IMG/VR virus record: IMGVR_UViG_3300023211_000126
Location: 211-64,210 of that record
Reading direction: 5' to 3' (one strand)
DNA length: 64,000 nt
DNA from: a virus
Both the position numbers and the translations under genes were made by a program. Positions 35,464-45,275 of the stretch are shown one piece after another. Numbering within the stretch: position 1 is the stretch's first letter; every line of letters starts with the position of its first letter. The notes under the pieces are model-generated. The model had not been told where the DNA came from. It saw nothing but the letters and a program-made list of their open reading frames with translations, and made no database searches.

Positions 35464-37214
35464 TGTCGACAATCCCTGCCTCGCTATTCGTTTCGGCATC
35501 CTCGAGCGTCATCTCCGCCGGCGGCAGTCAGCTGCAGATGAATGGCCTCATGCTAACCGAAAGCCCACGCGTGCCGATCGGCGCGGTCCAATCCTTTTCT
35601 GGAAAGACAGCGGTTTCCTCCTATTTCGGCGCATCGTCGGATGAAGCCAGATATGCAGCGATCTATTTTGCGGGCTTTGCCGGTGCCGACAAGCTGCCAG
35701 GTGCCCTGTTATTTGCGCAGTATCCGGCGACCGCCGTCGCGGCCTATCTCCGTGGCGGCGCGCTTGGGCTGACGCTGGCGCAGATCAAAGCGTTGAGCGG
35801 TTCTCTGACGATTGAGGTCGACGGGGCATCTTTCACTGCGGCGAGCCTTTCTCTGTCTGCGGCGACGAGCTTTTCCAACGCCGCGTCGTTGATCCAGACG
35901 GCTCTCGACACCACGCTGGCGACAGAGGCGACATTCACCGGCGCGATCTCGGGAAACACGCTCACTGTTTCGTCCGTCGCGTCCGGCTCTATCGAAGTTG
36001 GGCAGACGCTTGCCGGGACAGGCGTCACGGCTGGGACGAAAATTACGGCAGAAGGCACGGGAACCGGCGGGACGGGCACCTACACCGTCAGCGCCTCGCA
36101 GACCGTGGCCAGCGAAAGCATGACGGCAATAGTCTCTGCTCTCACGGTTTCTTACGACTCAGTGTCCAGTGCCTTCATCATCGCCTCTGGGTCGACCGGG
36201 ACGGGGTCTACCATCGGCTTCGCGACCGGCACGCTCGCCGCCAATCTTTCTCTGACCTCGGCGATGGGCGCTGTCATTTCGCAGGGCGCTGCGGCTGCGG
36301 CCGATCCAGGCTCTTTCATGGACGGACTGATCGAGGTCAATCAGAACTGGTTCGCCTTTATGACGATCTTCGACCCCGACGGTGGTTCCGGCTTCACCGA
36401 GAAAGAAGCGTTTTCGGCTTGGACCAATGCGCAAGGCAATCGGTTTGCCTACGCGTGCTGGGATACCGATGAGAGCCCGCGAGCATCATCTTCGGCGACC
36501 GGCTGTCTCGGCTATGCAGTCACGCAGGCAGACTATTCGGGCACGGTTTTGGTCTCAACTTTGACCGATGCGAGCTTCGCGGCCTTTGCGCTGGCATTCC
36601 CGGCGAGCCTCGACTTCGGCAAGAAGAACGGCCGGGCAACGCTCGCCTATAAATCGCAGACCGGGTTGGTAGCCGATGTGACAACATCGCTCGCGGCAAC
36701 AAATCTTGGGGGCAGTCCTCAGTCCGAAGGCGACTTCGGAAACTCGTATAATTATTACGGCGCGATCGGCACCGGCTTCAGCACTTTCGTCAATTTCCAG
36801 CGTGGCTTCGTTTCCGGGCCGTTCCAGTGGTTCGACAGCTACGTCAACCAGTGCTGGATCACGACAAGCCTGCAATCAGCGATCCTTGCGTTCTTCGCCG
36901 CCGTGAAATCCGATCCGTACAACCGCGCCGGCTATGACCTGATTGAGGAAGTGCTGTCTGGCATCATGGATCAAGCCGTAAAATTCGGTGCCGCACGACA
37001 GGGCGTCACATTGAGCGCTGCCCAGATCGCTGAAGTCAATAACCAAGCCGGTGTCGCTATCGACGCGACGCTTTCAGCGCAGGGCTATTACATCCAGATC
37101 CAGGATGCTTCCGCCGATGTCAGAGCCTCGCGCGGATCGCCGCCAGTCAACGTCTGGTACATGGACGGGGAGTCGATCCAGGCTCTGACCATCGGCAGCT
37201 ATCTGGTCCAGTAA
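35463..37214 (+). CDS. Tail sheath protein (DUF3383-like)
   Basis: VSSYFGASS.E...A.IYFAG...GRATLAYKSQ.GL...SGPFQWFDSYVNQ...R.SPP...WY.DG. Confidence 0.88.
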   Translation: MSTIPASLFVSASSSVISAGGSQLQMNGLMLTESPRVPIGAVQSFSGKTAVSSYFGASSDEARYAAIYFAGFAGADKLPGALLFAQYPATAVAAYLRGGALGLTLAQIKALSGSLTIEVDGASFTAASLSLSAATSFSNAASLIQTALDTTLATEATFTGAISGNTLTVSSVASGSIEVGQTLAGTGVTAGTKITAEGTGTGGTGTYTVSASQTVASESMTAIVSALTVSYDSVSSAFIIASGSTGTGSTIGFATGTLAANLSLTSAMGAVISQGAAAAADPGSFMDGLIEVNQNWFAFMTIFDPDGGSGFTEKEAFSAWTNAQGNRFAYACWDTDESPRASSSATGCLGYAVTQADYSGTVLVSTLTDASFAAFALAFPASLDFGKKNGRATLAYKSQTGLVADVTTSLAATNLGGSPQSEGDFGNSYNYYGAIGTGFSTFVNFQRGFVSGPFQWFDSYVNQCWITTSLQSAILAFFAAVKSDPYNRAGYDLIEEVLSGIMDQAVKFGAARQGVTLSAAQIAEVNNQAGVAIDATLSAQGYYIQIQDASADVRASRGSPPVNVWYMDGESIQALTIGSYLVQ

Positions 37215-37227
37215 AGGGGATTGAACG

Positions 37228-37659
37228 ATGACCGATATTACTGGCGCCAATTCGCTCTTCACCATCACCGTCGCGGATTTGTTTTCGTCGCCATTCCAGT
37301 TGCAGGGCTATGCGGCCGATGATGCCTTCGCGACGGATGCGATGACGATCGCCGAAACTCTGATGGGCGTCGACGGGATCCTTTCCGGCGGCTTCGTCAA
37401 TGTCGAAACACATCAGACGATTTCGCTGCAGGCCGACTCTCCATCGATCACATACTTCGATCAATGGTTCTCAGCGCAGAAGAGCAATCAGGAAGTCTAT
37501 ACGGCAAGCGCGACGATTACGATGCCTGCCGTAGGGCTGAAATATACGTTGAAGAACGGCTTCCTCACGACTTACGCGCCGATGGCGGGGGTGAAGAAGC
37601 TTCTTCAGCCAAGGCAATTCGCGATTACATGGAACTCGGTTAACTGGGCAAACGTCTGA
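37228..37659 (+). CDS. Tail tube protein
   Basis: Follows sheath; LQGYAADDAF...MGVDG.LSGG...LQADSPS. Confidence 0.82.
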   Translation: MTDITGANSLFTITVADLFSSPFQLQGYAADDAFATDAMTIAETLMGVDGILSGGFVNVETHQTISLQADSPSITYFDQWFSAQKSNQEVYTASATITMPAVGLKYTLKNGFLTTYAPMAGVKKLLQPRQFAITWNSVNWANV

Positions 37660-38183
37660 TGCGCAAAGAAGCAACATTCACAGCGGAAGACGGTCGCGAT
37701 AAGGGCAAGATCTTCAAGCTCACCGAGATGCCCGCTACGAAGGCCGAGAAATGGGCGCTTCGCGCTCTTTCGGCTGCGGCGCGTCACGGTGTGGATGTCG
37801 GTCACATCGAAAGCGGCGGAATGGCGTCCTTAGCGATCGTCGGCATACAAGCTATCGTTGCGGTTCCATTCGACGAAGCAGAGCCTCTTCTCGATGAGCT
37901 TTTCGAATGCGTGCAAATCGTTCGTGATCCTCGTCATCCGAATACTTCATTTCAAATCCTCGACGAAGATATTGAAGAGGTGATCACACGGCTCAAAATC
38001 CGCAGGGAGGTCGTAAAGCTCCACGTGGATTTTTCCGCACCCGCCGTCCTCTCGAAATCGGACAAGCAATCAGATCAGGCGGCGGGAGCTTCATCGACTA
38101 CGTCAACGTCCCGCCCCTCATTGGAGCAGCAGTCTCAGCGGGTGCGGCCACGCTCCACGAGCTCCAAACAATCTACTCGGTAG
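37659..38183 (+). CDS. Tail assembly chaperone (G-like)
   Basis: GRDKGKIFKLTEMPA..AEKWA.RA; slippery G GAT TTT at 38027-38033. Confidence 0.8.
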   Translation: MRKEATFTAEDGRDKGKIFKLTEMPATKAEKWALRALSAAARHGVDVGHIESGGMASLAIVGIQAIVAVPFDEAEPLLDELFECVQIVRDPRHPNTSFQILDEDIEEVITRLKIRREVVKLHVDFSAPAVLSKSDKQSDQAAGASSTTSTSRPSLEQQSQRVRPRSTSSKQSTR

Positions 38184-38266
38184 AGGATTGCTACGATCTT
38201 TTGGAGATCGTCATTGTCGATCGGCACAATGCAAGGTCGGCGCAGAAGAAGGCGGGGAGGCGGTAG
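38027..38266 (+). CDS. -1 frameshift extension of tail chaperone (T-like)
   Basis: Own translation of -1 frame: FFRTRRP...DYVNVPPLIGAAVSAGAATLHELQTIYSVEDCYDLLEIVIVDRHN...stop; no ATG of its own. Confidence 0.72.
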   Translation, partial: GFFRTRRPLEIGQAIRSGGGSFIDYVNVPPLIGAAVSAGAATLHELQTIYSVEDCYDLLEIVIVDRHNARSAQKKAGRR

Positions 38267-38298
38267 TCTGCCTCCTAAGCGCTCAGGATAGCGTGGGG

Positions 38299-38733
38299 CT
38301 AGTAACGTGGAGTTCCTAGCCCATGTGTGAAGAATGCTGATACCGGAGCGTTCTCATATAGCCCTTCTATTTTATAAGATCCTTCGATCTTACGATCTTC
38401 AATCGGCACTTTGCCGTGGTTTCCAAAGGAGTGTTTTCTTTTTTGGGCTCGAAGCTGCATTCGCCGCTTTTTTCTAGCAGCAACCATAGCGTTCATAGCA
38501 ATCTTGGCATTTCTTTCCGCTATTTGCTCAAAGATTTTTTCCGTGACAGCCGCTGTTGCGATAGCAACAGCAGTTGCCGATAACTCTGGCTTGTCTTCTG
38601 TTCTTTTGGTCGAAGTCAGAAGCGAACGTTCGCTTAGATAGCGTTCTAGGCGATCGTAAGCCATCAATAACACAGCTGTTCCTAAGGCGAACCCTGGCGC
38701 GACGAATTTTACAAACATTTCATAGGTTATCAT
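38299..38733 (-). CDS. Moron membrane protein
   Basis: N-terminal hydrophobic helix; lower GC; antisense to late operon. Confidence 0.6.
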   Translation of the reverse strand: MITYEMFVKFVAPGFALGTAVLLMAYDRLERYLSERSLLTSTKRTEDKPELSATAVAIATAAVTEKIFEQIAERNAKIAMNAMVAARKKRRMQLRAQKRKHSFGNHGKVPIEDRKIEGSYKIEGLYENAPVSAFFTHGLGTPRY

Positions 38734-38966
38734 GGCTGTAATCCACGTATCGAGAGCCTTGCGCCAAAGTGCATAACTATTCCGACGATCACCCATATGA
38801 TGCCGACATCCTGGAGTGTTGGCGAATCTGGGGCATCTTTCAGCCCGTAAGAATGAGCGGCAATAGGACCAACTAACCCGGTCACAAACATGGCGACTGC
38901 TATGTTATTTATGAACGTTCCGGTCAATTTTGTACGTTCGTCTCGGATCTTAGCATTATCCGGCAT
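38730..38966 (-). CDS. Small two-TM membrane protein
   Basis: Two hydrophobic segments; ATGA-coupled to next gene. Confidence 0.65.
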   Translation of the reverse strand: MPDNAKIRDERTKLTGTFINNIAVAMFVTGLVGPIAAHSYGLKDAPDSPTLQDVGIIWVIVGIVMHFGARLSIRGLQP

Positions 38967-39056
38967 TACAAGTCCTTATTATGTCTGTAAAATTCCTTGA
39001 GAAATCAACCGGCCCCGCAAAGCATAGCGGATCGCTTCCGGCCTAGAGGGCGTGGC

Positions 39057-39425
39057 TCAGGCTGGGCGGCGCGCCTTTTTAAGGGAACGGTACTTCTCCG
39101 CAAGCGCATCCGCCTCAGCCTTGCGCCCAAGACTGGACAGGAGCTCGGGGGTAAAAACGTTCACATGCAATTGGACGGCGTTCAGCTTCCCGGCGTTCGT
39201 GATGGCGGTGACATGCTCATAGATCTCATCCCAGGAGATTGGTTCTCCATTGGTGTTGAGCTCCACCTTCAAGACCGGAAGAGAATCTGACGGCACGAAC
39301 GATTCTTCGAGCCGGGACACAATCTCGGAATTCATCGATCTATTATTCTCTAGAGAGGCGTCGAAGATCTGCTCACGCAGATTTTGCGGAAGCCTAACTT
39401 TCATTTGTGGGTCTTCTCTGGACAT
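39057..39425 (-). CDS. Arc/Mnt-family ribbon-helix-helix repressor
   Basis: DPQMKVRLP..LR..I...S..N.RSMNSEIV.RLE.S. Confidence 0.88.
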   Translation of the reverse strand: MSREDPQMKVRLPQNLREQIFDASLENNRSMNSEIVSRLEESFVPSDSLPVLKVELNTNGEPISWDEIYEHVTAITNAGKLNAVQLHVNVFTPELLSSLGRKAEADALAEKYRSLKKARRPA

Positions 39426-39437
39426 ACGCCCTTATGA

Positions 39438-39489
39438 ACCACCGTGGGGTTGACTTCAATGGACCATCGTGGTTTATAAACCACCGTGA
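39438..39489. promoter_or_regulatory. Divergent promoter with three operator repeats
   Basis: ACCACCGTGG (39438), ACCATCGTGG (39463), ACCACCGTGA (39480); TTGACT at 39450. Confidence 0.7.
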
Positions 39490-39507
39490 TCCATAAATGA
39501 GGCGAAC

Positions 39508-39729
39508 ATGGCTCGTGATGACGCGCAATTTTCTGTCCGGCTTTCCTTAGAAGACAGGGATCTTCTCAAAGAGCTGGCTGCCAAAAATCGCAGATCAATG
39601 AATTCAGAAATCGGCTTGGCCATTAGCGCATGGCTCAAGCAGTCGGCAACGACGGGGGAAAGTTTGGCGACAGACCCCGCCGTTGCCTCGAATAGCGCCG
39701 CCTTGCCGGGCGGCACCCATCAACCGTGA
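39508..39729 (+). CDS. Arc-family repressor
   Basis: DAQFSVRL...LKELAAKNRRSMNSEI. Confidence 0.85.
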   Translation: MARDDAQFSVRLSLEDRDLLKELAAKNRRSMNSEIGLAISAWLKQSATTGESLATDPAVASNSAALPGGTHQP

Positions 39730-39747
39730 AAAGTGGAGCTTTCACAG

Positions 39748-40821
39748 ATGACGACCAAACATAATCATTTCCCCCAAATTCTGGAAGGCCAGATTGGCGA
39801 TCACCTCGTCCGCACGGTAAATGGTCGAGAGCTTCACGCCTCGCTCCATTCAAAAACAGATTTTACAGATTGGGCTAAGCGCAGGATCGCTGACTGTCAG
39901 TTTGAGCAAGATATTGATTTTACTTGCCTCAAAATTGAGGAACGGGATCACCGTACCGGCAAGATAGTCGTGTCAAAAGTGGAATATTTCTTCACCGTGG
40001 ATGCTGCGAAAGAGGCGGCGATGCTCGAGCGTAACGCGCGAGGGCGGGAGGTTCGCAAATACTTTATCGAATGCGAACGACAGCTCAATGCGTCAGTGCA
40101 GGTGGATGATCTGAGCGCCGATGTTCGGCGAATGGTTGGCGGGATCATGAAGAGTGTGATCCACAAAGAACTCGAAGATGCTATGCGGTCGACTCTTCCG
40201 GCCATGGTTCATGCTGAATTGGCCGGTCGCACAACGGCTCTGGTGACAGATTGCCTGACAGCCGGTCAAATCCTAAACGAGGAGAAGGTGGCGCCTGTTG
40301 GCCGCAAAGGCCTTGATCTGCGGGTTTCGAATTCGCTGAGACGGTTTTGCGAGCGGAACAACATAGTGCCGAAAAGAACTGATCGGGGTACGAGCCAATC
40401 CTATGTTTTCCCGCGCGATATAATTCATAAATGGCTTGCCGTGGAAGGACGCGAACTGATCTGTCGGTACAAGGAACGTCAGGTCGGGCAGGGTAATCTC
40501 TTCCTCGTTGGCGGGTCGAACGACCCAAAACGTGAAGGCCTTGCTGTCGTGAACATTGACGGGCGAACTGTCCTCGTCGATCTAAGGGTATGGAATGTCA
40601 CGGCGAGCGATGAAGCGATCGTGATGTTACCCAACGGCACGATCATTGTGTCTAACGCGGTCTCAACACCTGAAAGAGCCAGTGAATGGCAGGGGAAAAG
40701 AGCAGGCTTTCTTGAGAACGATCCACGCGGATGCCGTGAGAGAAACGGCCTTATCTTCAGCGATGGCGTGACGATTCTCGGAAAGGTGCTGAAAGAAGCG
40801 CGTAAGCGCGTTGCCGCGTAA
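39748..40821 (+). CDS. AntA/AntB-family antirepressor
   Basis: VNGRELH..L..KTDF.DW.K.RI...Y..TVD.AKE.AM.ERN.RG..VRKYFIECE. Confidence 0.88.
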   Translation: MTTKHNHFPQILEGQIGDHLVRTVNGRELHASLHSKTDFTDWAKRRIADCQFEQDIDFTCLKIEERDHRTGKIVVSKVEYFFTVDAAKEAAMLERNARGREVRKYFIECERQLNASVQVDDLSADVRRMVGGIMKSVIHKELEDAMRSTLPAMVHAELAGRTTALVTDCLTAGQILNEEKVAPVGRKGLDLRVSNSLRRFCERNNIVPKRTDRGTSQSYVFPRDIIHKWLAVEGRELICRYKERQVGQGNLFLVGGSNDPKREGLAVVNIDGRTVLVDLRVWNVTASDEAIVMLPNGTIIVSNAVSTPERASEWQGKRAGFLENDPRGCRERNGLIFSDGVTILGKVLKEARKRVAA

Positions 40822-40826
40822 ACTAA

Positions 40827-40846
40827 AGGCGCTCTTCGGAGCGCCT
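40827..40846. terminator. Hairpin terminator between convergent genes
   Basis: AGGCGCTC-TTCG-GAGCGCCT. Confidence 0.65.
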
Positions 40847-40884
40847 ATCAGGTCGGTTCCAGAGGGTCGGATAGCAAGCAAGCA

Positions 40885-41649
40885 TTAAAGATCGAGTAAG
40901 AAGACTTTTTTAAAAGAAAAGCCTTCAAATTTTTCTGCCTCAGATCGATTTGGGCTCCACGGTGGAACCGCCATTACAGGATCTTTGCCGCCATTCGGGT
41001 CAGGCATGACAATGTTCGGGCCGCGAAGATTTTCGCCCGCATTTCCTATGATGCGCCTGACCTCTCTAGGTTGCCCCATGCCGGAAAATATCAGGATCGT
41101 AAGTGTGTAGGTTCCGTGTGGAATTGGCTCAGATGTAGGATCAGCCATGTTTTTTGAATAACCACTAGTATTAGATAGCGGGCCGATCTGAAATACACCG
41201 CTGTGAACAATGGGATTCCAGCTCCCTAGAAGACATGTTCCGCTGTCGCAAAAACTTACGCCTGCCGCTTGTCTTTGTTTCCAATCGGAAAGCCATGGCT
41301 TCATCATAATGAGTGTAACCTTGGTTCCTTCCGGGAAATTGGTATGTCCTTCGATGACAAGGTGGCCATTGCGGCGATCGACTATGAGTTTCAGATCGGG
41401 GTAAAAGGGCTGGTTGATTGCAATGACTGGCGGCTCACGCTCAGAGTTTCCTTGATCTGAAACGACTGGAGATTTTGTCTCCGCCTTGGTGACTTCAGTC
41501 GACTTATCATGTCCGTTGAATATCCATATGGCGATTCCAATGAGAATGATGATGCCAAAAACTTCTTGGGCGGCTTTCACCTTGATCAAAATTATGAGCC
41601 CAGAGAGAAGCAAAAGCCCGAATAGAAGCGCCTGATATTCCGTTGACAT
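40885..41649 (-). CDS. Moron inner-membrane-anchored protein
   Basis: Two N-terminal TM segments plus soluble domain; lower GC. Confidence 0.7.
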   Translation of the reverse strand: MSTEYQALLFGLLLLSGLIILIKVKAAQEVFGIIILIGIAIWIFNGHDKSTEVTKAETKSPVVSDQGNSEREPPVIAINQPFYPDLKLIVDRRNGHLVIEGHTNFPEGTKVTLIMMKPWLSDWKQRQAAGVSFCDSGTCLLGSWNPIVHSGVFQIGPLSNTSGYSKNMADPTSEPIPHGTYTLTILIFSGMGQPREVRRIIGNAGENLRGPNIVMPDPNGGKDPVMAVPPWSPNRSEAEKFEGFSFKKVFLLDL

Positions 41650-41665
41650 TTAGAAAGCTCCGCCC

Positions 41666-43465
41666 ATGCCCACTCTAATCGACAGCTTAATCATTGAACT
41701 CGGTCTCGATCCGAGCAAGTTCGAAGAAGGTCAGAAGAAGGCAGTCGCAGGCCTTGTCAAGATGAAGGATGAGGCGGCCAAGGCAGGGAAAGAGATCGAG
41801 GAGGGGAATAAGAAAGCCGCTGAGTCCTATACCAGCGTGAAGAATGAAATCCTTTCGATGTTCGCAGCGCTGGTCGGTACGCAGGGGGTCAAGAGCTTCC
41901 TCGGGATGGCGAAGGATACAAATGACTTTGTCACTGCCCTCTCGGTCAAAGCGACCACGCTTGGTCAGACAACCTCATTTATGACAGCATTCGGGAAGGC
42001 CGCCGCACATGCGGGCGGCAACGCCGAGAGTGCCATGGGATCAATCAGCGGCCTAGTCGATTCCTTGAATGCCATGAAGATTGACGGTGCGGTCCCGATG
42101 GATCTTGCCAAGCTCTTAGCGCGCGGGGGTGTCCAAGCTGATCTCACAAAATCAGCCGAAGGAATGTTCTACGACATCGGAAAAGCGCTTTCCAATATAG
42201 CGAAAGACGATCCTTCCCTTGCCGGAAGCTTCGGCCGCAGGCTTGGCCTGGAGCCCGCTGCCATCGATATGATGATCAAGCAGGGTGACCGGCTGAAGGG
42301 TTATCTTAATGGTTTCCGCCGCTTCGACCCCTCTGAAAAGGACAAGGAGAGATCTCTGGCATTCACAGACGCCTTGTCAGGGGTAAATGACAGTATCAGC
42401 TTGCTCAAAACAAAGATTGTGTCCGATCTCGATCCAGCCCTGACGAAAGTTCTCAAGGACATCGCGCCCATTATCGAAGAGATGGCAAAGTGGGCTGAGA
42501 AGAATGACAAGGCCGTTATCGGTTTAGCAGGATTGGTTGCCATCGTCAGCGGTGCCGGGATCGTGAAGGGCATAGCCAGCGTCTTGGCGTTGGCCAATGC
42601 GATGAAGGTGCTTGCTGCGTCGACCGCTGCTGCCGACGCGGCAGGCGCTGCAGCGACCACGGGAGGTCTCGCTGGTTTGCTCGCTATGGCCGGGCGCTTT
42701 GGTCTGCTCGGAGCCGCTGGATACGCGCTCTATGAGACGGTCACGCCTCAATCAGCGGGTGAGGGTGAGAACGAAATCGCGCGGCAGAGGCGTTATGGAC
42801 AGGGCAATCAAGGCCGAGGAATGATCGGAATGCGCAGCGCTTCTGGCGGAATAGCTGCACGTGATGCAGCTGCTCTGATCCGTAAGGTCGGCGGCACAGA
42901 GCAGGAAGCAGCAATGCTGGGCGCTATCGCCGCTGGTGAATCTGGCGGCAATGCGAGAGCACACAACACGAATGCGGGAACCGGCGACAATTCCTATGGC
43001 CTTTGGCAGATCAATATGATCGGTGGACTTGAGCAGGAGCGCCTTGCAAAATATGGACTGAAGGACAAATCAGATCTCTACGATCCAGAAACAAATGCGC
43101 GTGTCGCTCTGGCCATGGCGCGTGCTGCAGGCGGATATAAAGACTGGTCCGTTTTCAAGTCAGGTGCTTATCTTCCATATCTGAGCGCAGCGCGCGATGG
43201 CGCGACGGGAGCCACTCGCACGACAAGAAACGCCGTCTTGCCTCCTATGCCTTCCGTCAATGTGCCACAGTACGACGCTGCAACGGCGGCCGATTTCGCT
43301 GCCACAACAAACAACGACAATCGTTCCTATCGACCGATGACGGTTCATGTCGGCGGCGTGAACGTCCATGCACCGGGTGCCGATGCCAATGGCGTAGCGA
43401 ACGACATCGATCGTGCACTGTCTGACGCGATTTATACATCGCAGTTAGATTCAGGCCCGCAATAA
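41666..43465 (+). CDS. Tape measure protein with lytic transglycosylase-like domain
   Basis: TLIDSLIIELGLD start; Ala/Gly-rich helices; AAGESGG...SYGLWQIN...LYDP..NA. Confidence 0.85.
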   Translation: MPTLIDSLIIELGLDPSKFEEGQKKAVAGLVKMKDEAAKAGKEIEEGNKKAAESYTSVKNEILSMFAALVGTQGVKSFLGMAKDTNDFVTALSVKATTLGQTTSFMTAFGKAAAHAGGNAESAMGSISGLVDSLNAMKIDGAVPMDLAKLLARGGVQADLTKSAEGMFYDIGKALSNIAKDDPSLAGSFGRRLGLEPAAIDMMIKQGDRLKGYLNGFRRFDPSEKDKERSLAFTDALSGVNDSISLLKTKIVSDLDPALTKVLKDIAPIIEEMAKWAEKNDKAVIGLAGLVAIVSGAGIVKGIASVLALANAMKVLAASTAAADAAGAAATTGGLAGLLAMAGRFGLLGAAGYALYETVTPQSAGEGENEIARQRRYGQGNQGRGMIGMRSASGGIAARDAAALIRKVGGTEQEAAMLGAIAAGESGGNARAHNTNAGTGDNSYGLWQINMIGGLEQERLAKYGLKDKSDLYDPETNARVALAMARAAGGYKDWSVFKSGAYLPYLSAARDGATGATRTTRNAVLPPMPSVNVPQYDAATAADFAATTNNDNRSYRPMTVHVGGVNVHAPGADANGVANDIDRALSDAIYTSQLDSGPQ

Positions 43466-44092
43466 ATGCCCTATGACGTGCCAGACGTTGATGGCGTCCC
43501 GGCAATTGCCTTCGCCGCTGCAGCGCTTGATGAAGTCGTCACCTTCCTCGTGGGTGACGTAGTTTCATCCGACCAGCTTATTCAGGAATGGGGTATCTAT
43601 TCGGATAGTGCCCCAGCGATCACGGCAGACTCCGTGGTCGACGTCTCCTATCGGCAGGACTGGAACGTTTCGGACTATCCGATCGAAGCAGGTTCGTTCG
43701 CCAGCTATAACAAGGTGCGCGTGCCATTCGATGCGCGTGTTCGCTTTGCTTCTGGGGGGACATCATCAAATAGAGAGGCGCTTCTCAGTTCGATCGCTGA
43801 CATTGCTGACGACACAAATCTCTATGATGTCGTGACGCCAGAAGCGACGTATACGAACAGCAACATCGTGCATTACGAGTATCGCCGTTCCTCTAAAAAT
43901 GGGCTTGGTCTGATGACGGTGGACATCTGGCTCCGACAGATTATGCAGACGGCAACTACGTCTTATAGCAGCACAGCGGAACCGAGCGGGGCATCTCAAA
44001 CGAATGATGGCACCGTCCAGACGGCGGCGGCAACTACGTCACAGCAGAATACTGTAACGAAAGGCGCCTATTCTATTGGCTTTGCTCCCTGA
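43466..44092 (+). CDS. Baseplate/tail-tube initiator protein
   Basis: SDYPIE.GSFASYNKV..P...YDVVTPE. Confidence 0.75.
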   Translation: MPYDVPDVDGVPAIAFAAAALDEVVTFLVGDVVSSDQLIQEWGIYSDSAPAITADSVVDVSYRQDWNVSDYPIEAGSFASYNKVRVPFDARVRFASGGTSSNREALLSSIADIADDTNLYDVVTPEATYTNSNIVHYEYRRSSKNGLGLMTVDIWLRQIMQTATTSYSSTAEPSGASQTNDGTVQTAAATTSQQNTVTKGAYSIGFAP

Positions 44093-44094
44093 TC

Positions 44095-44412
44095 ATGCAG
44101 ATCATTCCACTTAATGCCACGGCTTCACAGACGCTGTCGGTGGTGCTCGATAATCAATATGTTCAGATCGATCTGTTTCAGAAAGCGTTCGGCCTCTACA
44201 TGAATGTTTATCTGGATAACGTGCTTCTGATCGCAGGCGTCGTCTGCGAAAACCTGAACACGATAGTAAAGTCAGCCTATCGAGGACTTTCGGGAGATCT
44301 CGTGTTTCTCGATAATCAGGGGTCTGACGATCCGGTCTATAGCGGTCTCGGCAGTCGTTTCAGCCTTATTTATCTCTCACCTTCCGACCTAGTTGCGCTC
44401 GCAAATCCGTGA
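44095..44412 (+). CDS. Baseplate protein
   Basis: IPL....QTL.V.L..Q...D.QG..DP.Y.GLGSRF.L.Y. Confidence 0.75.
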   Translation: MQIIPLNATASQTLSVVLDNQYVQIDLFQKAFGLYMNVYLDNVLLIAGVVCENLNTIVKSAYRGLSGDLVFLDNQGSDDPVYSGLGSRFSLIYLSPSDLVALANP

Positions 44413-45275
44413 CCTTTTCCGAAAAGAAAATCAGCCTTACGATCAGTCTCGCTAATGGCTCTTTCGACAATGGAGCCAATAGTGCGACACTTGAAGGCTA
44501 TCGGGTATCGAGTACGATCAAAGTGCCGGGCGGGGAAACACAGGGAGCTATGGAATGCTCAGTTTTCGGTATGTCCGAAAGTCTGATGAATCAGCTTTCC
44601 ACGGTCGGAACTCAATTCAATAAGATCGCACAAAATAAGATCACACTTTCGGCTGGAGACGATGGCTCCGGCATGGCAACCGTGTTTCAGGGAACGCTAT
44701 TTTCTGCCTTTGTTGATGGGCAATCGCAGCCGCATGTCGCGTTCAGAATTTTGGCTGTGCCTGGCTATTATGAGAAGGTGAAACCTGTCCCATCGACCAG
44801 TATCGACGGGAGCGCCGATGCGGCCGCGATGATCAAACAGCTAGCCAATCAGATGGGCTTTCAGTTTGAGAACAATGGAGTCTCCACCAAGCTGGCATCA
44901 CCTTATCATTCTGGCTCCGGGCTAATGCAGGTGAGGGAGATTGCTGAAGCGGCTGGTATTGCATGGTGTCTTGAAAACAGGACTTTGGCGATTTGGGAGA
45001 GAGGAAAGGGCCGGGGAACCGATACGATCGAGATTTCGGCCCAAACCGGAATGGTAGGCTACCCGCTTTTCAATCAGGCCCAGATCATTGTGAAAACCTT
45101 GTTCAATCCGGCGATCAAATATGGCCGGGCAATAAAGGTTGCGAGCGAGCTGAAACCAGCGGTTGGAACATGGAACATAAACAATCTGACTCATGAGCTC
45201 GACGCGCAGATGCCGAATGGACGTTGGTTCACGACGATCGAAGCCTTGACCGCAGCCCCGGCAACGAAGTCGTGA
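44409..45275 (+). CDS. Baseplate hub protein
   Basis: Position; GFQFENNGV, ISAQTGMVGYP. Confidence 0.78.
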   Translation: MTFSEKKISLTISLANGSFDNGANSATLEGYRVSSTIKVPGGETQGAMECSVFGMSESLMNQLSTVGTQFNKIAQNKITLSAGDDGSGMATVFQGTLFSAFVDGQSQPHVAFRILAVPGYYEKVKPVPSTSIDGSADAAAMIKQLANQMGFQFENNGVSTKLASPYHSGSGLMQVREIAEAAGIAWCLENRTLAIWERGKGRGTDTIEISAQTGMVGYPLFNQAQIIVKTLFNPAIKYGRAIKVASELKPAVGTWNINNLTHELDAQMPNGRWFTTIEALTAAPATKS

